Source: Sedimentisphaerales bacterium (GTDB lineage Bacteria > Planctomycetota > Phycisphaerae > Sedimentisphaerales > Anaerobacaceae). Taken from it: a DNA stretch of 64,000 nt. Below the pieces are notes generated by a model, which did no database searches, was not told where the DNA came from, and saw only the letters and a list, made by a program, of their open reading frames with translations. Positions 33,506 to 43,793 of this stretch are shown here, one piece after another. How positions within the stretch are numbered: the stretch's first letter is position 1; the number at the start of each line of letters is the position of its first letter. The position numbers and the translations under genes are program-made. The stretch spans positions 8,640 through 72,639 of the forward strand of contig JAUWPZ010000001.1 in assembly GCA_030611315.1 (NCBI GenBank), written 5' to 3'.

Positions 33506-33718
33506 ATACAGCTCCTTATTCGATTTCGGATAATCAACCATCACCCGGCGAGGGGACAGCCCTGTTTCTAACAAAAACCGCGCAAAGAAAAAAGTGCAAA
33601 ATCGAATCCGCAACTCAATAACTGCAAAAAAAGGGTTTGCCAAAAGCGCTGCTCTCTAGTAAGATATTCAGCACACGAGATGGAATTACACTTAACTTTT
33701 GGCTTATCGCGGTAGGTT

Positions 33719-34507
33719 ATGGACGTAACTGAAAATGTCATCCCGGCCTTGTTGCTCACCACAATCGCGGGGCTCTCCACGGGCATAGGCAGCGCCATCG
33801 CATACTTCATCAAAAAGCCCAAAATCGTCTATCTTTCGTTCTCACTGGGGCTCTCCGCCGGCGTAATGATATACATATCCTTTATGGAACTGCTGCCGGA
33901 CGCCATCGAATCCATTGGCCAGCTCCGGGGCCTGGCGGCCTTTTTCGTCGGCATCGGCTTCATCGCGCTAATAGATTTGCTCGTACCCGAAGCCGAGAAT
34001 CCGCATGAATTTCAAGGCATCGACGAGCCTACCGCCCCGCACGCCCGTGCTAAATTGATGAGGACCGGCCTGATGACCGCGCTGGCCATCGGAATCCACA
34101 ATTTCCCGGAAGGGCTGGCCACGTTCGCAACGGCTCTCAGCAGCATCCGGCTCGGCGTATTCATCGCGATAGCCATCGCAATACACAATATCCCCGAGGG
34201 AATCGCCGTCTCGGTGCCCATCTTTTACGCAACATCGAATAAAAACAAGGCCTTCGCCTACTCATTCCTCTCCGGCGTGTCCGAGCCGGTCGGAGCCATC
34301 ATCGGTTATCTGATATTGATGCCCTTCCTTACCCCGGCCATCCTCGCGGCCCTTCTGGCGTTCATCGCCGGCGTGATGATATACATCTCCCTCGACGAGC
34401 TGCTGCCAATGGCCTACCGCTACGGCCACGGACACCTCGTCATCGGCGGAATAGTCGCTGGAATGCTCATTATGGCAATCAGCCTGCTGATGCTTAACTT
34501 GTCCTAA
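33719..34507 (+). CDS. zupT: ZIP-family zinc transporter
   Basis: It has HNFPEGLATF and HNIPEGIAVSVP motifs. The protein is 262 aa. Confidence 0.88.
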   Translation: MDVTENVIPALLLTTIAGLSTGIGSAIAYFIKKPKIVYLSFSLGLSAGVMIYISFMELLPDAIESIGQLRGLAAFFVGIGFIALIDLLVPEAENPHEFQGIDEPTAPHARAKLMRTGLMTALAIGIHNFPEGLATFATALSSIRLGVFIAIAIAIHNIPEGIAVSVPIFYATSNKNKAFAYSFLSGVSEPVGAIIGYLILMPFLTPAILAALLAFIAGVMIYISLDELLPMAYRYGHGHLVIGGIVAGMLIMAISLLMLNLS

Positions 34508-34552
34508 TCGCCCTCCAAAAGCAGACAGAAAGCAAGTAATGCCTCGCTCGAA

Positions 34553-35515
34553 TCAACCTGCCGGTTCTCTGATTTGGCGGCAGAATTTGCCCATCAGCTC
34601 CATTGCCTTAGTCATTTTCTCGGCTGAGCCGTCCATTTTCGCGTATGCATCGACCAGCTCAAGCAGTTCCGCCGCCGGGGCAACCTGCCCATACCGATGC
34701 GCAGTATTGACAATCGCCGCATCCAGCCCATACTCCATCGCCTTGGCTGCGTACGCCCTGCAGATGCCTATTTTTCGCCCCGGCAAATCACGCATGCAGT
34801 TGCTGACCCCGAGCGAGCAGTGCACGCCCTGCATATCCGTCTCGCTCTTGATTTTCTTTATCGTCTCGAACGCCCGGTACGTATAGCCCGGCACGCCCGG
34901 CTCCATCGGCATATCTATCGCCAGCGGAAATACGGTCGAATCGAAGAATATCTCGCCGGGCTCAAAGCCGTATTCACCGACCGCCTTGTCATAAATCCGC
35001 TTCGCTAAGCAATATAATTCATCAACCGAGTGCGAGCCGCCCGGGCCGACAGGCGCTTCTTCACTGACCAGCAGCCCAATCAGGGCAAAGTCGAAATCCC
35101 TTTTTAACGGCAGCATATCGTCCACCGTGTAAACTTTCACCGAATTTATCAAAGGCTGCCCGACCTGCTCGGAAGTATTGTACCACTCCTTCAAGCCGGC
35201 CGTTAAACAATCATCGTTACTGCTGTCCACGCAGACCGGCGCCCCATTGCCCCATCTGCGGACCATCCGGACGTATTCGACCATCATATCAACTATAACC
35301 TGCGGGTCATCCTCGCCGAATGCGTCGAGATTGACCGCAATGTAATCGGCGCCATCGCTCACCTGCGATTCAATCAGGCCCTTGATGTAATTCAGCGGCT
35401 CGCTCGCCGACGAATAGGCATCGGGCCCCAGCTTACTCAACTGCTTCATAACCCTACCGGTCTTCGGAATTGACCCGTGGACCGATTCGCCGATTGTTAT
35501 CAATGGATTTTTCAT
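34553..35515 (-). CDS. Pterin-binding (DHPS-like) domain protein, methyltetrahydrofolate methyltransferase-like
   Basis: It is a 320-aa TIM-barrel-like protein with ADYIAVNLDAFG and GVHCSLGVSN segments reminiscent of MeTr/MtrH-type proteins. The call is tentative. Confidence 0.45.
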   Translation of the reverse strand: MKNPLITIGESVHGSIPKTGRVMKQLSKLGPDAYSSASEPLNYIKGLIESQVSDGADYIAVNLDAFGEDDPQVIVDMMVEYVRMVRRWGNGAPVCVDSSNDDCLTAGLKEWYNTSEQVGQPLINSVKVYTVDDMLPLKRDFDFALIGLLVSEEAPVGPGGSHSVDELYCLAKRIYDKAVGEYGFEPGEIFFDSTVFPLAIDMPMEPGVPGYTYRAFETIKKIKSETDMQGVHCSLGVSNCMRDLPGRKIGICRAYAAKAMEYGLDAAIVNTAHRYGQVAPAAELLELVDAYAKMDGSAEKMTKAMELMGKFCRQIREPAG

Positions 35516-35779
35516 TCTGCCGTCCTTACGAAAAAAAATAAGCCGGGACTAAAAATGTATGCTGCAAACACAATGCTTCCCATTTCTTTTCTTTCTCACG
35601 ACCGCTGATTGTACACAGGCCCGGTTTCTCCGGCAAGAAGCAATCGCCGCATTCGCAATAGCGCTCGAAAGATAAACACCGCCCGCAACCAAAACATGCA
35701 ACTGATATTTCAATCAGGTCAGCCGACGAAATGGTACATGTTCCACACACTCACCGCCGGAGTTCCTTATAATCTGTAT

Positions 35780-36190
35780 TTACAAACACTTACAAATCGC
35801 AGGGTCTTCTTCGTGCGCCATATTCGGCCTTGCGGCAACCTGAATTTTCGCTCCTGCGAGCACTTCGGTATTGTGGATAACCTGTTGATAACTCAAAATC
35901 TGACCCGCTCCAGCGGACTTCTCAGCTATTCTCAAGATACCAGCCACAATATTTGGCCTTTTTCGCCGACATCCCACCAGCCCGCTCCATACCTGCCTTT
36001 CAGCCCACAAACCCTTTTTGGCAAACAAGTTACATTTCCCGACAATTTCGTGCCACAAAGTCGCCTCTGCCGGACCAATCTCAGACCACAAATATCCTAC
36101 ATTTTCCCAATTTTGGCAATGGTTCACCAACAAATACCTTTGTTCGTGGATAATTCTGGGAAAAGCCCGCCTAAAATCCCGGCCAACCAT
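35780..36190 (-). CDS. Hypothetical protein (136 aa)
   Basis: Its composition is more protein-like than the overlapping plus-strand frame. I recognised no family. Confidence 0.3.
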   Translation of the reverse strand: MVGRDFRRAFPRIIHEQRYLLVNHCQNWENVGYLWSEIGPAEATLWHEIVGKCNLFAKKGLWAERQVWSGLVGCRRKRPNIVAGILRIAEKSAGAGQILSYQQVIHNTEVLAGAKIQVAARPNMAHEEDPAICKCL

Positions 36191-36430
36191 AAGCGTCCGC
36201 CCTGGCCCAAATCCAAAAACCGTGGTAAAAACCTATGTCCGGTCCCGGTTTTTCCCCGCGGTTTTTCTTTGGTCCGTCTGAACCGCCGCGCCAAGCGCCT
36301 TTGCGGCGGTATCTCGTTATATTCCAACCGATTTGAGAAAAATCTTACAACTTTTTGCTGGTTTTTGCGCACGTGCGCCTATAATGATGAAACGATAATC
36401 GCCGCAGGCGGCACGTTGAAAGGACCAACA

Positions 36431-36937
36431 ATGGTATCTCTGAAAAACACATCCTTGATAACGCTGTTTTGTATTTCCCTCATCGGCCAGGGCTGCAAAA
36501 CACCGGCAGCAAAGCCGATAGCGCCGGACGACAAGCTCGCCTGGAGCAAACCGACCTGGGGCCGGGCCGTCGAAGGTCTGCAGTGCCGACTAAGGCCCGA
36601 CAAACGCACCTGGCAGACAAGCCAAATCCCGACCTTCAGGCTGGACATACACAACCGGGGCAAGCGCGTGTTCGCTTTTTTACCGTCCCATCGGCTGCAG
36701 CTCTGCCAAATTCAGTTCGATGATAAATGGCATCATTGGCCGAGCCCTGTTATGATTGACAGCGCCGTTTGGCCCATCGCCCCGGGCGCTCAGCTCAACG
36801 ACATCCCCATTACGTTGCACAAACGTTTCGGAATTAACCTTGCCCCCGGCAAACACATCGTGCGCGTCGCCTTTGCCCCCGAGGGGGTCCGGGCCGTAAG
36901 CAATCCCGTGGGAATCAATATCTTAGCGAGTGACTAA
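36431..36937 (+). CDS. Putative lipoprotein (168 aa)
   Basis: ATG 36431 is followed by a signal peptide with a lipobox (LIGQGC). The upstream part of the 442-aa ORF looks non-coding. Confidence 0.55.
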   Translation: MVSLKNTSLITLFCISLIGQGCKTPAAKPIAPDDKLAWSKPTWGRAVEGLQCRLRPDKRTWQTSQIPTFRLDIHNRGKRVFAFLPSHRLQLCQIQFDDKWHHWPSPVMIDSAVWPIAPGAQLNDIPITLHKRFGINLAPGKHIVRVAFAPEGVRAVSNPVGINILASD

Positions 36938-37002
36938 CGGCCTGACCGGCCAAACGCGAGCGGCTCCGATATGAGGCGCTGCCTCCACGGCAATCACGGA
37001 GA

Positions 37003-38805
37003 TTACTTCTTCTCCCTGCCTGCCAGAAAATCGAACACATCATACAAAAGCCCTTGCGCATAAGGCCCCTCGAGCAGCCCGAACCAAACATACAGCACCC
37101 GCTGGCCGTTGCCGCTTTCTGAGTAGGCAATCCCATCACCAAGGTCACCGCCGCTGCCGTCGCGCAGCTTCAAAAGCGAAATGTACCCGCCGTCTTTCTC
37201 TCGCGGGACAAAAGGCCGCCACCGCAGGTCCCCCGTCCGTGGAAACGCAAACCGCTCCGGTAAGTGCCGCAGCATACGCCCCGGCTGAACAAACGTTAGC
37301 TCCGCGTCAGACGCCGGCCTTTCCCATCCTCTCCCGAAAGTCAGCCCGAACCTCTCGCCGGTGCGCACCGTCTTGCCGTCCTCGTCGTAATAAAAAGGCC
37401 ACGGCATCGAAGGCAAAACCGCCAGAGTCCCGCCTTCGGCCAAATAACGGCTCAGCGCCTCATCCACATCACCGATCTTCCTGACGGTCCGGCGATAACT
37501 CTCGCCCGCACAATACAAAACCATCCCGAAGCTGTCCGCCGTCAGCTTGCCGCCTGCCACGTCCTCCCAGCTCAAAATCTCTATATCCGCACCCAAATCC
37601 ACCAGCCACCAAAAAGCCATCGAATCCGCATCGGCCAGCACGCCAATCTTCACGCCGGAAAGCTTGCTCTTTAATCGGGCCTTTTCATCAGCCGATATAC
37701 CCCCGGAATCAACTACTCTGTGGATGCTTCGCTTTTTGGCCTTAAAACGCCCGGCAAATTCACCCGTAATCTCAAGGTATTTATCACCATACTCAACCGA
37801 CGGTTCAATCTCGCTGCCCTCGTGCCACTCGTTGAAGCTCGTTATCAGTATCCAGTGCGGGTCCGCCTTGATGGCCTCTTCCCACTGCACACGATAAAGC
37901 TCCCCGCCGTACCGCTTCACCGCGAGACCGGGTTTGCGGATTTTCGTGTCGTCGTAGCCGGGAATCACCGTTAAAGTACTTATCCTCCCGGCCTCATCCG
38001 CTAATTGCACCCAGGACCGATACGTGCCGCCAGCCCACTTGCGCAGCTCGACCGGTTTCACCCCGCGAAGCGACCCGGCCGTGTTATACGTGTGGACGCC
38101 GTCAAAAACCCGCGCACAGCCAAAGCTGAACTTATCGCCAATCGCCGCGATACCCGGGTCGTATCTTTCATTTATCAGCCTTATGGCCTCAAACCAGCCA
38201 GTCAGCCCGAGCTGCCCAAGGGCTCGGCCATACACAAACACCACACCCCTGCCGCCGACCTTAAGATAAGCAGCATGACTACTGTATTTGTTCAGGACCT
38301 TGACAATATCGTCCGCCGCCGCCTGGGGCGTTCGGGGCCTCGGCACGGCCTCGTAGTAAATGCACGCCTTCAGCCCATGACGCCGGCAGCGGTCGAGAAT
38401 CTTCTCCATCGCACGGTCAGAGTAACTATCATGCCCCCACCAACTGACGATAAACGTATCAATCCCGGCGTGCCGGGCCCATCGGCAGTGCTGGTCAATG
38501 AGCTTGCGGTCGTGTGAATCATAAGCCCCGAGAACTGGATAGTTGGTGCTCGCCGCGATATCTTTACCGGCGGCATCGATACGGCCCCAGTGCATCGTCC
38601 TGCCCGCACCCCCGGGCCCGTCAGCCGTGCCGTACCACGGATAATAGAACGTCATAATTCTTCGCGAAACCTCGCCGTCCTGCCGCCCACCGCGGCCACG
38701 CAAGACCTCGACTTCCATCCCTGCACTCCCATTCGCAGCCAACACAACGCCGGCAAATACGAATAATAGCAGCCCGAAGTAAGTGTTTCTGTGTGTTCCA
38801 GTCAT
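37003..38805 (-). CDS. Secreted glycoside-hydrolase-like protein (GH99-like N-terminal domain?)
   Basis: FYYPWYG...HWGRI...LGAYDSHD...AGIDTFIVSWWG resembles the GH99 family as I recall it. ATG 38805 is preceded by AGGAGA and followed by a signal peptide. Confidence 0.45.
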   Translation of the reverse strand: MTGTHRNTYFGLLLFVFAGVVLAANGSAGMEVEVLRGRGGRQDGEVSRRIMTFYYPWYGTADGPGGAGRTMHWGRIDAAGKDIAASTNYPVLGAYDSHDRKLIDQHCRWARHAGIDTFIVSWWGHDSYSDRAMEKILDRCRRHGLKACIYYEAVPRPRTPQAAADDIVKVLNKYSSHAAYLKVGGRGVVFVYGRALGQLGLTGWFEAIRLINERYDPGIAAIGDKFSFGCARVFDGVHTYNTAGSLRGVKPVELRKWAGGTYRSWVQLADEAGRISTLTVIPGYDDTKIRKPGLAVKRYGGELYRVQWEEAIKADPHWILITSFNEWHEGSEIEPSVEYGDKYLEITGEFAGRFKAKKRSIHRVVDSGGISADEKARLKSKLSGVKIGVLADADSMAFWWLVDLGADIEILSWEDVAGGKLTADSFGMVLYCAGESYRRTVRKIGDVDEALSRYLAEGGTLAVLPSMPWPFYYDEDGKTVRTGERFGLTFGRGWERPASDAELTFVQPGRMLRHLPERFAFPRTGDLRWRPFVPREKDGGYISLLKLRDGSGGDLGDGIAYSESGNGQRVLYVWFGLLEGPYAQGLLYDVFDFLAGREKK

Positions 38806-38962
38806 AGTTCTCCTCATGTTACGAAAGTAATGGCTCCTGCAAAATTGCATAACTTATTGTGATAGTGCCTGTCAGCATTCACCATTGAAGCGCCAAAAGG
38901 CTATTGTTCTGTCAAGGCCCAACTGATGGATTGTCATTCCTCAAATTATACTTGACAGAACA

Positions 38963-40015
38963 CTATTCATTCATCGAAAAACCAATTTTTTCTCTCAGCG
39001 CTCGACAGGCCGCTGCCGGGTCACCGACCCCGGTCGCCGCAGAACACACCGCTACCGCTTTAGCACCGGCCCCCAAAACCTCTTCGATATTGTCCGCCGT
39101 TATCCCGCCAATGGCAACATGGCCGATACCGGTACCGGCAAGCTCTTTCGTCGCCTCCCGGACATACCCCAGCCCGACGGGCTGGATAGTGGGCTTTGTC
39201 TCGGTAGCAAAAACCGGCCCTAAACTAACGTATGTAGGGCGCTGCTCGCAGGCGGCACGCAACTGTTCGAGCGAATGCGTGCTCCTGCCCACAATCAACG
39301 GAACCAACTGAAGCCCGCGGGCGCACTCGATAGATAAATCATTTTGACCAAGATGCACACCGTCCGCTCCGGCCCCGACCGCGATATCGACCCGGTCGTT
39401 GATTATGCTCAAGACCCCACAATCCCTGCAGAGCCTCACAAATTCGCCGGCAAGAGCGAATAACGTATCATCTGCAATATCTTTCGCCCGCAGTTGAATA
39501 CAATCAGCGTCGCCGGCTGCGCACTTGTAAGCCAACGAAATAACCTCTGCCGGTAAATTGCTGCTGATTATCACGTACAGCACGACCCGCCTGAATTTCT
39601 CGGCCGGCTCACTGAAGACAACAATGTCCTTTTCGAGCGTATAAGCATCGAATCGCAGCTTCTCGATTGCCTCGGCCACGGGTTTGTCCAGCATCTGCGC
39701 CATCTCTGCCAGCGCCCGAAGCGCCTCTGTCAGCCGTTTGCATCCGGCAATAAAGCAATCCCGCAGTTCGCCCCGCGTAAGTTGCTCACTGACAGTCTTT
39801 CCGACGCCAACGTCGCCAGGTACGTCCCTGCTTGAGATAAGCCGGCCGGTATCAAGCCTGTCAATAGCCGTACATAGCTCGTGCCGAAGCTGCCTGGCCC
39901 GCTCGGTCAATGCAGCCGAATTCAATGCGAATCTGCAATATTCCTCTACCATCCGAACCGCCTCCCGGGCACGGTTGAAATTCGCATCTATAATCCTGTA
40001 AACTGCACGTTCCAT
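38963..40015 (-). CDS. thiE: Thiamine-phosphate synthase with N-terminal extension domain
   Basis: The C-terminal half has GADGVHLGQNDL and ...GGI motifs. The N-terminal YRIIDANFNRAREAVRMVEE domain matches the long (cyanobacterial-type) ThiE form. Confidence 0.75.
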   Translation of the reverse strand: MERAVYRIIDANFNRAREAVRMVEEYCRFALNSAALTERARQLRHELCTAIDRLDTGRLISSRDVPGDVGVGKTVSEQLTRGELRDCFIAGCKRLTEALRALAEMAQMLDKPVAEAIEKLRFDAYTLEKDIVVFSEPAEKFRRVVLYVIISSNLPAEVISLAYKCAAGDADCIQLRAKDIADDTLFALAGEFVRLCRDCGVLSIINDRVDIAVGAGADGVHLGQNDLSIECARGLQLVPLIVGRSTHSLEQLRAACEQRPTYVSLGPVFATETKPTIQPVGLGYVREATKELAGTGIGHVAIGGITADNIEEVLGAGAKAVAVCSAATGVGDPAAACRALREKIGFSMNE

Positions 40016-40723
40016 AGCTGTGTTTATTATACAAGACAAGACGGCCGTTGAGTAGCCAAAATTCCCAATCCGGCCGATTCACTGCGTCATCCCCCGCAAA
40101 AGCTTGTCGCTTTACACTAAAACCCGCCATCCCTACGAAAGTCTGTCGTCCTCGCGAAAGCAGGGAATCCCAAACACTACTTGCATGCACCGGCCTCCCC
40201 CCGGCGCAAAGGAAAACGGAGTCGCCCCTCCTCCGGAACGACCCCGTGCGTATATTATTATCAAAACCAGCAACGCTGATTTTGGTTCCTTCAAAAAACC
40301 GGGCGGACATACCCTCCTCCATATTAGTTATGTTTAAGCCGTCCGCCTAATATTTCGAGTATTAAAGAACAAAACTTACTTTTACGCAAAAAATGTGCCA
40401 ACAACGAACAATAAATCCAAAGACCAACACCAGATATCACCTAAGCAATTACTACAAAAACAGTTACATCTGTGTTTTAAGCGGTCCTATAAGAAATAAT
40501 ATGTTCACTATTTTGACGCTGTGTTGCTTTCTTGCAACACCACAAGCGCCCAATTACTCTGTATTCACACAATATTTTGGCGCAAAGTGCGAAACAGCTT
40601 AGAAAATCACATAATGTTTACGAAAAACAACGTGGTTGTGAACTATGAACATTAAGGAATAGTTGGACGGCTGGAACGCAACGCTTGGTATGTCGAGTCA
40701 TAGAAAAACTACTCGCCAGACGT

Positions 40724-42730
40724 TCAATTCTTCCCTAAAGGCCGGTATTCCGCCCTCAGGAAGACACGGTTGGTCCACCGGCAAAACCACCGGCCGTACA
40801 GCATCTCCTCGCCGGGGCACTGCCGGTCAAGCCGAAAAACACTGTTCTTGCGCCATGCAGTGATCTCTTCGGCAATTGCCTCTGCCTGCTCTTCGGGTAG
40901 TTCAAGCCGGACCACCTCAAATGGGTCGGCGTCCAAGTCATAAGCGTACGCTATTTTTGTCGTGGGGTTGTAAAAGAGCTTGTGATTGCCCTCAACAAAG
41001 CCTGCAGGCCCCTCATGCATCCAGCCCGAGAAATAGACCTTGCGGGCCCGCGGAGGTTGCGCCAATATATCATGGCCGTCAAAATCGCCGTCTTTTATCT
41101 CGAAGCCCAGCAGTCCCAGAAGCGTCGGCGTCAAATCGACAGAACTGACAGCTTCAGCAACTTTGGCGCCAGGCTGAACTGAGGACCCGGCTCGCAAACA
41201 AAAAGGGATACGCAGCACCTCCTCGAACACTATCCTTTCGTGTCCGAGGAGCCCATGCTCGCCGAACGCCTCGCCGTGATCACCCACGACGCAAAAAACA
41301 GTCTTGTCCACAAGGCCCAATCTGTCAAGCTCCCCGTCCAGCGCTTTTAAGAATCCATCAGTGTAAGCAATGGACTGCTTATAGCGGTCAATCGGCTCGT
41401 CGGCAGGCTCGCCATACCACTCTGGAACCTCGTACGGGTCGTGAGTAACCGAGCAAAGGGCCGTCAAAAAAAATGGTTTGTCGTCCCGTTGTATCCACTC
41501 GATGATGTATTTTAGCATCCTGAACTCATCACAGGCCAGATAACCCAAAAAGCCGTTTGGGTCGGGCAAATCGTCTCTCGACCAGAACTCATCAAAGCCC
41601 AAATTGTGGACCAGCCCGGGCCGCGACTCAAAATTCCCTTTCGCTGATTGAAAAAACGCCGTGCGATAACCCAGTTCTTCTCGAAGGGCCGTTGCAAGAC
41701 TCGCATAAGGTTTGACTGCCGGAACCGCTTCAGCAAGGTCCTCGGATGCCGAAGGAAATTGTCCCGTCAAAAGCGCAAACAATGCTTTCGTGGTATGGGT
41801 CACCGAAGAACGGGCGTTTGTGAATTCAACTCCCTGCCCGGCCAGCTCCGCCAGAAACGGCGTCAGGTCATTCGCCTCTGGTCTTTCAAGGCCAACCGTG
41901 CTATCCAGGCCGGTCCCAGCCAGCGAAGTGTACCTGTACTGTACGCCCTCGAGCACAACTACCAGCACGTTTTGTCTTGTCGGTCGCGGCTTCAATGCGA
42001 GCCGCACCTGATCAAAGTAGGGGACCTGCCGCTTCGACTCCTCGAATCGGCGGCGAAAAAGACTTACAACCGCTTTATACTGGGCATTATACCGCATCCC
42101 CGTTGAAGCGATGTGCGGCGAGCCGCGATGTTCTGTCACGCCGCGAATTATAACGGCCAGGAAGATAACAGTAAGAGTAATAAGTATTTTCTTGGCAAAG
42201 CGCTGGTGGTTGTAATTTGGCAGCACTGGCCTTACTAAAACACAAAAGAAAAACGTAAGCGCTACGGCACTTGGCGCCAGCAGTGCCACGGTGGACTTCG
42301 GCGCCGCCGCAAGATTAGAACCAATTATGCCCAGTGAGTTAATAGGGTCGCGAAGTAAAGGTAAAAGGACAGTTGGTAAGACTTGTGTCCCGGTTCTTAT
42401 CAGCCAGCCTGCGTTTATAACCGACCACGTACACACAAGAGCTGCGAAAACAGTAACCGCCCGGACAATCCACCGGCGAGGCCGGCAAAAACAAATAGTC
42501 GCCAAGATTACCTCAATCCCTAACAATACAGATATATCAGAAAGAACCCAGTCAAAGTGTTGGTTCGCAAGACTGCAACGAAGAGAGTGGAAGAATTTAA
42601 CCACCAGAGTACAAAAGATAGCGCTGAACATAATAACAGTATAAGCGCGAGGAGCTAAAAGGTTATACAGCCGGTAAATAGACAAAACGTCTCTTGGCCC
42701 CTTTCTGAATTTTGCTTGCTTAATACCCAT
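40724..42730 (-). CDS. LTA-synthase/phosphoglycerol-transferase-like membrane sulfatase-fold protein
   Basis: About 5 N-terminal TM helices are followed by an alkaline-phosphatase/sulfatase fold (VVLEGVQ, VVGDHGEAFGEHG). Confidence 0.75.
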   Translation of the reverse strand: MGIKQAKFRKGPRDVLSIYRLYNLLAPRAYTVIMFSAIFCTLVVKFFHSLRCSLANQHFDWVLSDISVLLGIEVILATICFCRPRRWIVRAVTVFAALVCTWSVINAGWLIRTGTQVLPTVLLPLLRDPINSLGIIGSNLAAAPKSTVALLAPSAVALTFFFCVLVRPVLPNYNHQRFAKKILITLTVIFLAVIIRGVTEHRGSPHIASTGMRYNAQYKAVVSLFRRRFEESKRQVPYFDQVRLALKPRPTRQNVLVVVLEGVQYRYTSLAGTGLDSTVGLERPEANDLTPFLAELAGQGVEFTNARSSVTHTTKALFALLTGQFPSASEDLAEAVPAVKPYASLATALREELGYRTAFFQSAKGNFESRPGLVHNLGFDEFWSRDDLPDPNGFLGYLACDEFRMLKYIIEWIQRDDKPFFLTALCSVTHDPYEVPEWYGEPADEPIDRYKQSIAYTDGFLKALDGELDRLGLVDKTVFCVVGDHGEAFGEHGLLGHERIVFEEVLRIPFCLRAGSSVQPGAKVAEAVSSVDLTPTLLGLLGFEIKDGDFDGHDILAQPPRARKVYFSGWMHEGPAGFVEGNHKLFYNPTTKIAYAYDLDADPFEVVRLELPEEQAEAIAEEITAWRKNSVFRLDRQCPGEEMLYGRWFCRWTNRVFLRAEYRPLGKN

Positions 42731-43183
42731 GGCGTGTCAAAATACTACAATCATAGCCAATTAGCAAGCAGCTTTAGTAAAATGCGGTGCACTAAATTAC
42801 AGCACAGAAAGGGGCATGGTGTGGTGGTTGTAATAATATAGAATATAGTAAAGAAATATTAGTATTGGTAGTAGTATAGCTTGTTATTTTGTGATATCCT
42901 GAGCAAAGCAGCGAGCTAAGCCCTTTTCTGGTAGTGGGTTAGAGAATAGGGATGTTAGAAGTTTTCTGTGCGCAAGCTGTGAGGTTGGCGGTGAAATTAT
43001 CCGGGGAAAGTAACAACCAGTTGGCCCGCTGAATTTTGCCTGTTAACTTCTATGTAACTTAACACATATATCACAAGATTTTCTGGCGCGTGTGACTACG
43101 TATCAGGAACAATAGCCGCCTTTGATATTGGAAATCCGCAGGCTCTGGAGGTTAAATTTCCTTGGCTCTTTAAAAAAATAAAC

Positions 43184-43213
43184 TTGACAGCTTAGTTAAG
43201 CAGGCAACAATAT
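43184..43213 (+). promoter_or_regulatory. Putative marR promoter with embedded inverted repeat (candidate operator)
   Basis: TTGACA lies at 43184-43189, with a CAATAT-like -10 about 18 nt downstream. The inverted repeat GCTTA-GT-TAAGC (43190-43201) sits in the spacer. Confidence 0.45.
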
Positions 43214-43251
43214 ACATACGAACAATATAAAAATGAAACAAGGAGACCAGG

Positions 43252-43755
43252 ATGACGCTTGAAGATGAATTAGGCCTGCAAAAACCGGTGGCCTTGCTGG
43301 GCCACAAGGCTCTGTTGAGCATGTGCTATACAGCTTCACGTTTAAGAAAAAAGGCCGGCGAATTCTTCCGCCCTTTCACTCTTACAGACGTCCAGTTTAA
43401 CCTTATGATGCTCCTGAAACACCAGAGCGGTAATAAGAAGGGGTTAAGTCAGGTACAGCTAAGCAACATGATGCTTGTCAACCGTGCGAATATAACCTCG
43501 CTCGTGGATCGGATGGAGACAGCGGGCCTTGTCGCCCGGACGCCTGCGCCGTCTGATAGAAGGACGAATATAATAAAGCTGACCACCCGGGGCAAAAAGC
43601 TGCTTGAGAGGGTCGAGCCGATGTACGCCAGGGAGGTAGAAGGAATAATGGCCGCCCTAAAAGAGCCTGAACAGAAAAAACTGATAGCAATGCTAGAAAA
43701 AATAAGGTCAAACATCGGTGATTCAAATGGGAAAAAGAAGGCTCCGAAAACGTAG
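43252..43755 (+). CDS. MarR-family transcriptional regulator
   Basis: It has a winged-HTH segment (LSQVQLSNMMLVNRANITSLVDRMETAGLVARTPAPSDRRTNIIKLT). An AAGGAGA RBS lies upstream. Confidence 0.88.
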   Translation: MTLEDELGLQKPVALLGHKALLSMCYTASRLRKKAGEFFRPFTLTDVQFNLMMLLKHQSGNKKGLSQVQLSNMMLVNRANITSLVDRMETAGLVARTPAPSDRRTNIIKLTTRGKKLLERVEPMYAREVEGIMAALKEPEQKKLIAMLEKIRSNIGDSNGKKKAPKT

Positions 43756-43793
43756 GAAAGGAAGATTCTCTTGAGGCAAAGCAAAGACTATAA

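Noticed and set aside
35609-36430. N-terminal 274 aa of the 442-aa plus-strand ORF
   Set aside because: The sequence is Pro/Ser/Arg-rich and non-protein-like. A proper ATG with a lipoprotein signal starts at 36431, and the region is better explained by the minus-strand ORF 35780-36190 plus intergenic DNA.
40040-40330. Possible TPP (THI-box) riboswitch upstream of thiE on the minus strand
   Set aside because: Reading the reverse complement, I found only a CGUAGGGA-like fragment. There is no CUGAGA element and no ACCUGAUCUGGAUAAUGCCAGCG-like core. The matching fragment belongs to a degenerate hairpin repeat. An Infernal scan is still needed to be certain.
40393-40602. 69-aa ORF in the AT-rich gap
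   Set aside because: It lies in low-GC sequence, has no RBS and has composition unlike the window's genes. It is treated as non-coding.
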